The position numbers were made by a program, and so were the translations under genes. DNA of 64,000 nt from Raja brachyura (taxonomy: Eukaryota). This document shows, piece after piece, positions 11,501-24,261 of this stretch (position 1 is the stretch's first letter; each line of letters begins with the position of its first letter). The stretch lies in contig OY740804.1 of NCBI GenBank assembly GCA_963514005.1, positions 5,766,001 through 5,830,000 of the forward strand, read 5' to 3'. Under the pieces are notes generated by a model. It ran no database searches. It was not told the origin of the DNA and saw nothing but the letters and a program-made list of their open reading frames with translations.

Positions 11501-12763
11501 AGAATGTGAGAAGACAGTCTTGAATCAGACCGAAATCAGCAAACTCAGTTAACTGACCCTCTCTTACATTGAACCTTGGAACCATTAAAGAAATATTATC
11601 CTTGAATATTCCATCACAATATCGTCATGAAAGTGGGAACACTTTGTTATTTATCTTATTACAATTGAAATAGGTCTGGCTTTCTATCACACTCGTGGGT
11701 GAACGTCTCGACCCAAAGCCTCACGCATTCCTTCTCGACAGAGATGCTGCCTCCCCTGCTGTGTTTCTCCAACATTTTGTGTCTATCTACTCATCCTCAG
11801 TCTTGTAGCCATGCTCCAGCAATGAGGTTAGTAGTAGTGATGATATGTTGTCCCTGCCCCCAGTCCAACCCCCGTTATTTCTGCAAGCTGATCTCCATTG
11901 GCTCTCCTGCTTCGCGCCGCTCCACTTCACCAAGATTATGAAGCAAATAACAGCTAAATGTTTTAAATATAAACCGTCTCATTTTCTTCCATTGATTCTA
12001 TATCTCTTGCTCTTTGCACAGTTACATCTCATGGAAAGTGGGGCGCTGGCTCCTCTTTCTCCTGCTTGTAATCTGGAGTATCTCAACCGCGGTGTTCACA
12101 AGAGGCTCTATGGTAGGTTTTATTGTCATCATGGTCATAAATGATAGGAGCAGAATTAGGCCATTCACCCCATCATATCTGATCTGCCCCCAATCACGGC
12201 TCATCTATTCTTCCCTCTCGATCCCATTTCCCTGCCTTCTCCCCATAACCCTTGACATCCTTATTTAGCAAGAATATGAAAATCTCCCACTTAAAAATAT
12301 CAATCGATTTGGATATATACAAAAATGCTGGAGTAACTTAGTGAAACAGGCAGCATCTCCGTGGTGAATTGACTTGGCCTCCACAGCGTCCTGTGGTAAT
12401 GAAATCCATACATTCACCCAAGTCTGGCCAAAGCAATCCATTCTGTATCCAAAAGGTTTCCATTACTGCTTTCCAATATCCTGTCCATTGATAGAAACAA
12501 AAACCATGCACGTTTTCATATCCTAACGTCAAATCAAATCTCTATGTAGATGATATCATGAGGTTTTGTCCGATTGTACGTGTGCAGGGTGGATTTCTGT
12601 GGCCAGTGTGGATTTGTTGGGGTCCGTCTTCTAGACAGCAATGGGAGTGGTCGGGTCAAACAAAGCGTGGTTCCCACTGTCAGTGAGTCTGATGACTTCA
12701 CATTGTCTTTTGCAGAGACACAATGAGTCAGAACCTCGCCACTCGGCCCATCAATTACAATGA
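5559..12763 (+). CDS. Gene A: CD300/pIgR-like (MDIR-type) Ig receptor, leader-V-C2-stalk-TM-short tail, 288 aa, activating-type
   Basis: Exons 5559-5595, 8128-8448, 8892-9212, 10522-10570, 12022-12112, 12716-12763. All have AG/GT boundaries, intron phases are 1,1,1,2,0, and the total is 867 nt open to TGA. AATAAA at 13147-13152. Confidence 0.85.
7319..7504 (-). mobile_element. 5'-truncated L1/Tx1-type retrocopy with poly(A) and an 11-bp TSD
   Basis: TSD CTGAGTTACAC at 7308-7318 and 7505-7515. Poly(T) at the left end. Minus strand reads TLQAFRECWSPREVEC, resembling a Tx1 ORF2 C-terminus. Confidence 0.75.
8128..8448 (+). CDS. Gene A Ig V-set exon (CD300/pIgR type)
   Basis: [34 protein letters not shown], with the extra C-C' cysteine pair. 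cag acceptor, gtacgt donor, 321 nt. Confidence 0.92.
8892..9212 (+). CDS. Gene A Ig C2-type exon
   Basis: [26 protein letters not shown] motif. acag acceptor, gtaagt donor, 321 nt. Confidence 0.9.
10522..10570 (+). CDS. Gene A 49-nt stalk exon (GHEYSCEHLKTSNYSA)
   Basis: ttccaacag acceptor, AG|gtaaac donor. Conserved at 34342 and 56009. Phase 1 to 2. Confidence 0.82.
11297..11356 (+). pseudogene. Donor-dead 60-nt S/T/P-rich stalk pseudo-exon in gene A
   Basis: Reads ALPAVFTMTYPSLTSSHAV and ends AG|atgaat where GT is expected. Paralog at 60217. Confidence 0.5.
12022..12112 (+). CDS. Gene A transmembrane exon (SYISWKVGRWLLFLLLVIWSISTAVFTRGSM)
   Basis: ttgcacag acceptor in phase 2, hydrophobic stretch, gtaggt donor. 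Paralog at 35472. Confidence 0.85.
12716..12763 (+). CDS. Gene A terminal coding exon ([15 protein letters not shown])
   Basis: cttttgcag acceptor, phase 0. Paralog at 36182. Followed by a conserved 3'UTR and AATAAA. Confidence 0.72.
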   Translation, partial: RHNESEPRHSAHQLQ

Positions 12764-13146
12764 AGACTCCTAGCTTGCACCAACAGTGAGGGAATTCTGC
12801 ACCGCGATGAAATATTTATGCATCATCCTGCTTTGCCAACTGATATCAAATAGACAGAATATACGTCTCTTGCAATTCAACTAATGATTTCATGAAAGTG
12901 ACTTCAAAGCAATGTTCCAAACTTTCCAAACCATATCTGTTTCCAAATCTCATTTCCCGCACTGATCTTAATTTTCGTCACCTCTTCCAAGGTTTTTTTC
13001 ATCACCTTCAAACGGTTGTTTTAACCTTTGCATGGTTTCCATTGCTCCAGCATCTTATACTCTGTTAAACTATATTATATGCGTTCAACTTCCTGGAAAA
13101 AATGTTTTCACTGATTAATGAATATTAATGCATCAGAAAGCTTCTT

Positions 13147-13152
13147 AATAAA
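13147..13152 (+). terminator. Polyadenylation signal, gene A
   Basis: AATAAA near the end of the A/B-conserved 3'UTR. A/B homology stops about 40 nt later. Confidence 0.6.
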
Positions 13153-13223
13153 TTGTTATTGTCGATAAATGGTTTGTCTAATTTGTTTTAAGATGAGAGA
13201 TTGTTTTAAGATTGTGTTAAGAT

Positions 13224-14378
13224 GTATAAAAGATGAGATAGCCGCACACTTAGAAAGCTGTAACAGGATCGGTCCGAGTCAGCATGGATTTATGAATGGG
13301 AAATCATGCTTGACTAATCCTGGAAATTTTTGAAGATATAACTAGGAAAATGGACAAGGGAGAGCCAGTGAATGTAGTGTACCTGGACTTTCAGAAAGCA
13401 TTTGATAAGGTCCCACATAGGACATTAGTGGGCAAAATTAGGGCACATGGTATTGGGGGTAGAGTGCTGACATGAATAGAGAAGTGGTTGGCAGACAGGA
13501 AACAAAGAGTAGGGATTAACGGGCCCCTTTCAGAATGGCAGGCAGTGACTAGTGGGGTACCGCAAGACTCGTTGCTGGGAACGCAGCTATTTACAATATA
13601 CATCAATGATTTGAATGAAGGGATTCAAAGTAACATCAGAAAATTTGCAGATGACACAAAACTGAGTGGCAGTGTCAACTGTGAAGAGGATGCTATGAGA
13701 ATGCAGGGTGACTTGGACAGATTGGGGGAGTGGGCAGATGCATGTCAGATGAAGTTTAATACAGATAAATGCGAGGTTATCCACTTTGATAGAAAAAACG
13801 GGAAGGCAGAGTACTATCTAAATGGCGTCAAGTTGGGAAAAGGGGAAGTACAATGGGATCTGGGTGTCCTTCTTCATCGGTCTATGAAAGTAAGCATGCA
13901 GGTACAGCAGGCAGTGAAGAAAGCAAATGGCATGTTGGCCTTTATAACAAGAGGAATCGAAGATAGGAGCAAAGAGGTCCATCTGCAGCTGTACAGAGCC
14001 GTAGTGAGACCACACCTGGACACTTCCTTGTACACTCTGGAGTTTAGAAGGATGAAAGGGAATCTCATTGAAACATATAAGATTGTTATGGGCTTGGACA
14101 CGCTAGGGGCAGGAAACATGTTCCCGATGTTGGGGGAGTCCGGAACCAGGGGCCACAGTTTAAGAATAAGGAGCAAGCCATTTAGAACAGAGACGAGGAA
14201 ACATTTTTTCGCACAGAGAGTGGTGAGTCTAGATAGGCCCTTAAAAATAGCGGAGTCAGGGGATAATGGGAGAAGTCGGGAACGGGGTACCGATTGGGGA
14301 TGATCAGCTAAGATCACAATGAATGGCGGTGCAGGCTCGAAGGGCCAAATGGCCTATTCATGCATCTATTGTCTATTG
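13224..14378 (+). mobile_element. CR1 LINE fragment with internal deletions
   Basis: RT motifs in ORF 13488-14303, TCTATTG tail. Confidence 0.9.
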
Positions 14379-14517
14379 TGTGTGCAGGGTAGTGTTAATG
14401 TGCGGGGATTGCTGGTCAGTGTGGACTCGGTGAGCCGAATGGCCCATTTCCTCGCTGTACCTCCAAACTGAACTAAACTAAACTAGTTGAAAGTCTATTT
14501 TACTTCGGAGTCACGTG

Positions 14518-17500
14518 GAAGTGTGGGATACTAACTTCAGGTTTTGCAATGTAAATTAATACATCGTCTGCATATAAGGAAATTTTATTCTCAGTATCTT
14601 TGGTATTGTACCCATATATTTCAGGATGGGACCTCACGCTTTCTGCTAATGGTTCTATTATGAGTGCAAATAATAGCGGGGATAATGGACATCCTTGTCT
14701 ACAGCCTCTAGATAAGTTAAATTTAGCTGATAACATTTTATTCGGTCATATTCTAGCTGTTGGGTTAGTATATAAAAGTTTTACCCATGTGCTAAACTTC
14801 TCACCCAATTGAAATATTTTCATAACTGAAAATAAATAGGGCCATTCCACCTGGTCGAAAGCTTTCTCAGCATCTAATGAAATAATTGCTAGATCTTTGT
14901 TAGTACTTCTTTTTGAGTATCAATATTGAATAATCGTCTCAGGTTACATGACGAATACCATTTTGGTATAAATCCTGTTTGATCCGGGTGTATTAATTTA
15001 TTAATCACTGTGCTTAATCTTTGTGCTAGGATTTTAGTTAATATTTTTGATCAGTATTTAGAAGAGCTATAGCTCTGTATGATCCTGGATCATCCAGGTC
15101 CTTATCTATTTTTGGTATGTGTTATAATAGATTCATTTAGCGTTTCTGGTAATTTCTGTTGGGTATAAATATGTTCGTACAATGTCTTGAAAAGCGGAAC
15201 AATCAGGTCATAGAATGTTTTATAGAATTCTGAGCCTAAGCCATCTGGTCCCGGGGATTTACCGTTTTTTAAAAATCTGATAGACTCTTCAATTTCTTTT
15301 ACTGTTATTTCAGCGTCTAATAATTCTCTATCTTTCAAATCTAACCCTTTAAGATTGCATTTTTGTAGGAATGCTTCTATTCCTGTCCGGTGATCTATCG
15401 TTTTAGCAGAGTAAAAGTCTTGATAATATTGCAGAAATCTCTCATTAATATCCTTAGGTTGTACTAGTGGTTCTCCTGTTTCTGATTTAATCCTATGATT
15501 TTTTTTTTCCCCGTCCAGTTTCCGTAATTGACGAGCCAATAATTTTTGAGGTTTATCTCCAAATTCAAAATGTAATTGTTTAGTATATTGGTAAAATTTT
15601 ACAACTTGGTCTGAGTATATTTTGTTTAATTTATATTTCAATGCTGCAATTTTATTGTGTTTTATCACGGTTGGTGTAGCCGCATTCTCTATGTCTAATT
15701 GTTTTATTTCCCTTTCCAATGCCTGTTGTATCACCTGATTCTTTTTATTATGAAATGCTTGGGAGGAGATCATCGCTCCTTCAGTAAATGCTTTAAATGT
15801 TTCCAATAGTAGGGAGGCAGACGTTTCAGGGTTATCATTAATTTCAAAGAACATATTAATCTGTTTAGAAAGATATTCCTGAGATGCTTTTTCCTTTAAA
15901 ATTTGTGGGTTGAGTCTCCATTGTAACTGTTTCTCCGTCCTTCCATTTAATTTAATCATAAATGTTAAGGGGGCATGGTCCGAGATTATAATATTGTGAT
16001 ATTTCGAGTTATAAGTAAATGGAATAAGCTTAGAGTCCACCAAAAAATAATCTATTCTTGAATATGTTTTATGTAGCGGTGGATAAAATGAATATTCTTG
16101 TCCAGTTGGGTTTTCTATTCTCCAAAAATCCTTGATATTACTAGTATCTATATATGCATTTAATAAGTCACTGGACTGCAATTTTGTTTTCCGTTGTCTT
16201 GATGATCTATCTAAATAGGGATCTAATGTACAATTTAAGTCTCCTCCGATTATTAAATTGTGTTGTGTTAATTCCGGAATTGTATTAAATATTTTCTTAA
16301 AAAACAAGGGACTATCAAAATTTGGTCCATAAACATTAATAAGAGTCCATTTTTGTGCATATAATTCACCTATTAATACAATATATCTACCATCACTGTC
16401 CGTTATAATCGATATATGTCTAAAAGGTATCCCTTTACGGATTAGTATTGCAACACCTCTGGATTTATGTGTGAATGAGGAATGATACGTTTTATCAATC
16501 CATTTCGCTTTCAATCTATGTTCTGCATCCTTTTTTAGGTGAGTTTCTTGGAGGAATATTACATCTGTTTTAAGTGCTTTTAAATGTGCTAATACTTTAC
16601 CTCTCTTGATTGGTTCGTTAATACCCTTAACGTTCCAACTACAAAATGTTATTCCTTCACCCCCAATCTTCATATTTGAATCTTGCATCTTTTGTTTAGG
16701 GAGGTCTATAAAAGAGCAGATGGTTCAGCTCAACAAGCCCGACATTACACCCGAACATCAGTTAGATGAATTTTAAGTCTTTCTCACGTATATATCTCCT
16801 TTGATAAAACTTATAACTCCATTCAAACTAAAAATTATAATAAAGTATTATATTGAAAAAGTGATAGATTAAGTGGTTAGTAAAGTGAAAAAAGAGAGAA
16901 AAACTACATCTATGAGTAGTGTAGTTAGTGATAGCCATACTAACATAGCTAGTCATCTACCGACTTCCGTAGCCGATGAAAAAAAAACTTAACTAGCTCC
17001 ATATTCTCTTTAAGATGACATTTCCATAGCGATATTTTACCGGGGGGGTGGGAAACATTTTAGATTCCAAAGTATTCAAATTCCATTAGTGAAATATATA
17101 TATAAAAAATAAAAAAAGGAAAGAAAAGTGAAATCAAGGTTTAAATCCAACCGTACTCATAATTACCATTTAGCTAATTCTAAGTAATTCAATTATAAGT
17201 AATTAGTAACCATTAGTAATAATTATTAATACTACTGCGAAGTTATAATTAGTATTTGTCAGTTATTTATGTTAATAGTAACTATGAGTGTAACACGTCC
17301 ATGGGAAAGGCCTTATTCAGCATCCTTATCCAATTTCTATTGTCCTCAGGTATAACAGCTTAAATTCCATCCGATCTTACAAAGTTACATTGTTCGTTGA
17401 CGTCAGGTATTTTGTAGATAATATTCAGTCATCAGGCAGGTTCTTGATCTTCTGGGCGAACTCCAATTCATCCGCAGGGTTGGTAAAGATACGTTCATTC

Positions 17501-18641
17501 TTATTGTAGGTAACTCTTAATGTAGCCGGGTACATCAAACCATACTTCAGATCTTTCACATCCTTAAGTATTCTTTTTGGCTCTTTAAACAGCGCTCTCT
17601 TCCTGGAGATCTCCACAGGATAATCTCGGTATATACTGATCTTATCTCCATCGTATATGAGATTCCTGGTACGAACAATTTTTTTCATCATCTCCTCCAG
17701 TACATGGTCATATTGCACCTTTACTATAATTTGTCTTGGTGGGGCATCCGCCCATGGGCGACGTCTCACCACTCTATGTGCTTGAGCTAGCAGAGGCTTT
17801 TGATCCAGGTTTAAGACTTTTTGCAATAAGTCTGCAGCGAATTCGCAGAGGTCTCAATTCCCCTCTCTCCCTTCTTGAATGCTGACGATTCTTAAGTTCT
17901 GACGCCTCTGATGTCCTTCCAGTTCAGTGCATTTTTCAGTTACTTTTCTCAGTAGTTCTGAGAAACGTTGGTTTTCTCTGATAAGCTGTTTTGTTGTTTC
18001 AGCATTTGTTGAAGCAATCTCCTCTAGATTGGTTATTGCTATAGTCTGTTGATTCAGTGCTTTCTCGATGGGCTCCAGCCTATCATTAAAGCTGGATTCC
18101 ACCGAGTTGATTTCAACATCCACCTCCGTAATTTGTTGTTCCAGCTTTTCTTCTGTTTCTTTTTTCCATTTTTCCGATAATTCAAGGACGGTGAAGTTGA
18201 TTTCTTCATTCACTTCCTCCTTAAACTCCTTAAACTCTTCTTTGCAAATTTGAAGTTCTTCTTTAAAATTCACTCTCTTCAGTTCTTCCTTTATATTTTT
18301 AATTTCCTGAGTTAGAAAAATCCGAAGATCTTCTATCTCAGATTTTTTAGGCTTTGGTTTCCTCGAAACATCTTCCTGGGACGACGTTGTACCTGAGCCC
18401 AAGGCTTTAGTCGGGCCTACTTCTTCCGGTGCCGATTTTGACTTGGTAATCCGTTTTGGTTGCTTGGGGGGGGTATGTTGCATAGACATACCGGAGTCGC
18501 ATGCCTGATGATGTCACTCATGCGTTGCAGGCAGCCGGTGCAGTAACAGCAGGTAGGTCCGTTTTTCTCCCTGTTTTTAGTGATCTTTTCATGGAGCTAG
18601 CTGCCGCTGGTCTCTACCCCTGCATAGCGCCACCGGAAGTT
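14518..18641 (-). mobile_element. L1-clade LINE with 5'UTR, ORF1 and ORF2, 3'-truncated within RT
   Basis: ORF1 is split over 18489-17854 and 17826-17425 (coiled coil, RRQNLRI, AHR, ISIYRDY, LMYPATLRV). ORF2 16688-15102 has an APE domain (SWNVKG, LQETH, GDLN, SRIDY, SDH). RT remnants to 14518 (GCRQGCPLSPLLF, YADD). Confidence 0.93.
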
Positions 18642-18809
18642 GGAAATGTATATAACCCTGTGTGATACTGAGGTTAATACAAATATTCTGCAAGCAGAAT
18701 GTGCCTGTAAGAATTTTAAACATATATGGTTTCTACACAACTACAAAACAGTAAAGAAGTAACTCTCCTCCAAGGGAGGACAAGAATGTGGGGGAGGCTG
18801 GAAATTGAG

Positions 18810-19138
18810 AAAATGCTCCACACTTGACTTAGTCAAGGGTTCTAAGACCCATGTATGCCTTCCTGTAAGGCAGGCTCCGAAGGAGTTTCCATACGCTGAG
18901 TATGGTGCCTATGAAAATGGGATTCTGATTCTCCAGTACCTTGGTTAGATCTGGATGAGGTCCCTAGAGCAAGATAAAATGCTCCAAACTCTAATCAGTC
19001 AAGGGTTCTAAAGACCCATGAGATTCTAAGGCAGGCTCCGAAGGAGTTTCCATACACTGAGTATGGTGCCTATAAAGAATGAGAATCTCGTTCACCAGTG
19101 CCTTGCATAGGTCTGGATGATGTCTCCCTAGAGCAAGA
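18810..19138 (+). repeat. Two diverged ~165-bp direct repeats
   Basis: aaaatgctcca..taaggcaggctccgaaggagtttccatac..ccctagagcaaga at 18810-18974 and 18977-19138. Confidence 0.85.
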
Positions 19139-21244
19139 CTTGTGAGTACCAGGGCAGGATGAAACTGGCCCTGAAGCTGGTGTCCCTACTTATGTGTAAA
19201 CACCAGAGCACAATAGAAATGCTCCGGGTGTTCCCGATGTAGCACCAAGTTTTGCTATATCGGTATGGACTGGTGAGGCTATGGATGAACCTGGCGGCCA
19301 ACATTATTTGGTTTCTCACCTACTCTAAGAAACTGTTATGACTGAAACAGTAAAAATATATTAAAATATATAAAACACCCGTCTATTGTGCCTCGCTCAG
19401 GGTGCGAACAGTAACTCAGTAATTGGGCACCCATAAGTGTAATGATGCGAGGACAGGAAATGTGTCCCAGCATGTCCTCTAGCTGATATTCAGTTGGCAT
19501 CACTGCATTTGGGGAAGACATACATGGGTTGATAATGTCCAATACTTTTAAGACATGCTTGCATTACTCTGCAATGCATATTCAATCCCAATTGTATGAT
19601 GAAAATTGCCATTTGGCTATCATTATACCCAAAAAATGCAGGATTATGTGGGCAAGCTATAACCAGATTTATGATTGATGAAAAACTGCCCAAACAATTA
19701 AGGATATTTGCCTTATAAAACTCCTCACCCCTGCTTTGAGAAAACAAACAGGTTGAATACTAACCCCTATATTAAGAGAAGGGATCTTCTGGTTCATTTA
19801 CAGGAGTACAGAAACGTCATTCCATCACACAGGGAATTTCTGGGAAACAACCTCTGGTTGGTTGTAAGATTACAATTGTTTTGTAATTCTGCATTAAATC
19901 TGATCGGCTTGGTGTTTGAATGTACCAGGAACTCGTCAGGTAGAGATAATATATCCCAGACGCAAGTCATTCTGGCATTCTGGCACTCACAATCTTAAAT
20001 TTATAGTTCAGTATAGGCATTTTAAAAAGTACAGTAACAAAGTTGTTATCACAAGGCTGCGATATGGCTATTATTAGACCTAAAAAAGATGCCTTATTAT
20101 TCAGGTACTTCAATTAATTGGATGGGTCAGCTGAAGGAATTACCTAATGGGTTAAATTCAGCCCTCAGATTGCTCACACAATTATTGAAACCAGCACTGG
20201 TGTTAATGAGGGCTCAGAATCACATTGTAATTACTTATCGAGAGGATATGTTACTTGTAAATGGGAGACAGCTGAAGAACTTGGTTCAGCAACCATAAGC
20301 TTATTGAAAGGGTAAGGTTCTGTACATCCAAACAACATGTAAGTTACAGGCATCCCAAACAATTGATTATTTGGGGTTTGTCATTAATACAGTTGATATG
20401 TCAATAACTTTACCAACAATTAAGGTTGGGGATGTTACAAATGCCTGTACTTGTCTTGGTAAAAAACATTATCCCACCATCCAAGAAGTAGCTACGGTTA
20501 CTGGTAAAGGGATAGCAGCATTCCTGCTGTCGAATTGGGACCTCTGCATGATCAAAGTCTGCAAAGACCAGAGAATAAGCGTAAAAGCGTGCAGGTCATT
20601 GATTAGGTCCATGCAGTTCCCAACTAAAAAGGTTGAGCTGAATTGCAATGATGGATTCTCAATGTTGCACAAGTTACTAGAAGTAAAAATGTGCTTGTTC
20701 AGCAGTCTTCAGTGATGACAGACTGATGGGAGTGCTCTCGGATGGGGAGCCAAGGACAGCGACAGCAGTTGTGGTGGTCGATGGACTGTCCAAGACGATT
20801 TAATTCTCCAAACACATGGTATGAATTATTTGGAGTTATTGGGGGCGTTTTATGCATTGATAGCTGTTTGTTCTACAATAAAGAACTTACATGTTCAATT
20901 ACGAGTAGACAATACCACAGCTGTGGGAGAAAACAATATTGTGGTAAGACAACAGATCACAAAAGTTCAATGACAATACAGAATGAATGTTAAAATTCAA
21001 AAAGTTTCAAAAAGATTGTCAGACAGTATGAGTACCAAATGTTGATCAGTTGTGTCTGGATTAAATCTCCAGTGGTCTAAATGTGTCTCATAGGAGCCAG
21101 ACCCAGGAGCATTAGCGGTGGATGCATTCTCGCTACATTGGGGAAGTATAGTCTTTTATGTTTTCCCCATTTTGCCTGATTAGGCAATGTGTCACCAAAA
21201 TAGAGCAAGTCTCCACCGAAGGCATTTGGTGGTTCCAAACTGGT

Positions 21245-21328
21245 ATTGCTTCTCAGCCTTTTGGCTAAGATCAAGTGTAATATCTGTTCTTATCGGTTAA
21301 TATCTGATACGTCCCTTATCTAGGGACC
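21245..21328 (+). pseudogene. U2: U2 snRNA 5' fragment (retro-pseudogene)
   Basis: ATTGCTTCTCAGCCTTTTGGCTAAGATCAAGTGTAATATCTGTTCTTATCGGTTAATATCTGATACGTCCC matches the 5' end of U2 with few changes. Ends after stem IIb (GTCCC/GGGAC), with no Sm site. Confidence 0.9.
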
Positions 21329-24261
21329 GTTACTACACAGCCATTGTTCCCATTGGTGCTCAGAATGATTATTCAGACATTCATAACAAATCACAGGTGC
21401 AGTAATTGATAGTACATCCAGTAACAGCAGAAGTCATCCATTACATGACTGTATTAATTGTTAATCCGCAGGTTCTGATGGAAAGTCGGATAGGACCATG
21501 GATGTCATAACTGCAGAGATAGCACTAAGAAACAATAAGATACAATATATGTATTGGAGTTCCTTGCTATGTTGCACCTGAGTTATAGTACCATTAATGG
21601 AGCTCGGAGTGCTTTGTCCTCCTATTTAGGACAATTTCAGAACGACAATTTATCAGGTCTCATCCATTAATATCCCGATTTATGAGAGAAATTTTAATAA
21701 AATCCTACCAAACACAGATATACAGGAATCTGGGGTGTCAGTATAGTTCTCACATTGCTTCGGCAATTGACTCCAATTACGTCACTGTCTTTTCAGAAGT
21801 TAATATTTAAAGTGATTATGCTCATGCCATTAACATCAGCACAATGAGTACAAACATTACAAATGTGCGGTTAGATTATATGCAGTTGGTTGTAGATAAA
21901 ATAACGTTTTATGTCAATGATCTAAGCAGGCAAAGCAAGCCAAGAAAGGCTGGAACCAATGTAATCTTTAAGACATACTCTGTCAACTAAACATTGTGTG
22001 TGGTTAAGCATCTGACCTAATATATATTGAATTAAGAGTCTCCGAGATTGTGAGACACCAATGTTCATTACCCACAAGAAACATATAAAAAATTGACAGT
22101 ACAAACTATTTCTAGATGGATAAACAGGTGCTGGATTAACTGGATTAGACACTGATGCGTTTAAATCTCACTCCACAAGGGCGGTATCAATGTCCGCGGC
22201 GAAGGTGCAGGACGTGCTGCTCGACCAAACTCTGGAGACCACAGGATGGTCTAAAGAAGAAACTTTTCTAGATTTTATGACAAACCTGTTGTTACAGTGC
22301 CAGGGTTGCACATGCTGTGTTGGGTTCTGTTCAAATTGTTTGCTTTGGTGCATATCATTTGTTGTAATTTCCCCTGGGATAGAGGGGTTATTACTTTTTT
22401 TAAATTAAAATATTAAAATGTTTATTACATAATTTCAAGCAATATATATTATTTACTCACTACTGTGTAAACTGAAGCAGTGTGTCATATGGAATGATCT
22501 ACGGCATGAAAATCACAGAGCTTTGAAATCTTCACGTAGTCACTCACGTGAGTCTGAAGTAAAATAGTAAGATTAAATGAGAACTTACCTGTTCGAAGTT
22601 TGATCTTTATTTTATGAGGAGTTACGATGAGGGATTACGTGCCCTCCGCTCCCGACCCTCATAATCTAAATGATCATCTGGTAGTTCTAGTCTTTGTGAG
22701 CCTTACTATCTTACTCCGGCTATTGGTTCTGTGTTTTTCACGCCGATGCTTTGAAGTATACCTAGCGTGCGCCTGGCGGGTCTTCTTCACGTAATCCATC
22801 ATCGTAACTCCTCATAAAATAAAGATCAAACTTCGAACAGGTAAGTTTTCGTTTAATCTTACTATCCTTGTGCACTACAAAATGGTTGAGTTGCAGCTTG
22901 CAAAGCGCGGGGTGTGAAACTGCAAACACATTGTGTTGCTTTCCTCAGTCTGACTTGTGACTGTAACCCCGCCCACGAAAGAACTGTGAAGGATGTTGTT
23001 TGAAAATAAGAAATGGTGACCTGCAAAAACGGAGTAACCACCATAAAGTTCGGAAAGATTCAAGGATTGCTTTGGGTAAGTGTCCCACTGACAAAGATAA
23101 ATATTCCCCACACAGTAAGCGGGGAGACGAGGAAATGAGACCAGAGGCTGCTTTGAACTCACAAACCCCCAGGTCAGGGATATCCGAGGGGTGCTGAATA
23201 GTCAGAGATACTTGCAGATTCTGTGATCACAGTGATGCTGCCTGGCCCGTTCAAATCGAGCTTGTTAATGATTCAATGGGCGGAATGATCTTGAATTTGA
23301 GCTTTTCCCCGCTGCAAGACATCCCAAAGTGCATCACACATAGTGAGGGATAAATGGTCTGAGATGCCACGGATAGACACAACATAATGGAGCAACTCAG
23401 CGGGACAGGCACCGTTGTTTTTAGATGTGGGTACAGGCTTGGAATGCACTTTAATTTAAAATGTTCAGACAGCCATTTATTTCTTTACACGGAATTGTTC
23501 TGCAGTGCTGACACTTTGCTCGTGCTGCTGATACAAGGGTGTGTAGATTCGTATCTCTGAACCGTGTCTTGCGGGCAGCTCGATGTAACACTGCTTGCTG
23601 AGCAGTGTTTTGCAGAAATCATGGGTCAAAGCAGGACGAGAATTAAAATTAATTGTTTTGCAGCATCGCCGGTTCCTGTCTGCAGCATTTATGGGAGGAA
23701 ACGGGAAATAGCTAAGAACCAAAAGATCCTTTACTGAGGATCGCCAACGCTCACGTAACATCAGTGGCGGACACATCAGTGTGTTACACCCATACCACGC
23801 GATGCACAACATTGCCACAGATGTACACAACCCGAATAAACAGCACTGATCCCCTCAATATAACACACGCAGGACCATAGCCCGCAGCAGAGGACAGGTT
23901 AGATTATCATGCAACCATTTTCGTACAAATTTAAATTAATCGTAGCAAACTGATGTACAAAGTCAGCAAATTACATGTACAAGACAACAACTCTGCTAAT
24001 TTATTAGCTCTGAATTACAATTGGGCAGGCCCATGGATAGGAAAGGTTTGGGGAGATATGGGTCAAGCGTGGGCAATTTTGACTAACTTAGATAAGCATC
24101 TTCGTCTAATGCGTTGGGGAGAAGTGCCTGTTTCCAAGCTATATGTCTCTGTTACAATCTGACCCAACCATTTGCTAAATATAACCTGGAACATTTCACA
24201 CTGTAACGTGTAGAGCTGCTGTTGGCTCGCTGTGGTTCACGATCTCATTTCCTGATCCTAT

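Larger units (their letters stand above)
14495..22865 (+). mobile_element. Degenerate DIRS1-type tyrosine-recombinase retrotransposon, interrupted by L1 and a U2 fragment
   Basis: RT remnants at 20089-20715 (LPNGLNSALRLLTQLLKP, GFVINT). RNase H remnants at about 20720-20930. YR remnant at about 22160-22290 (FKSHSTR..GWSKEETF). ICR at about 22530-22641 is complementary to the left end 14495-14517 and the right end 22788-22865. Confidence 0.82.

Noticed and set aside
23477-23830. 117-aa minus-strand ORF upstream of gene B
   Set aside because: No recognisable domain, and the paralogous copy at about 38930-39320 gives no equivalent ORF in the track. Treated as duplicated upstream non-coding DNA.
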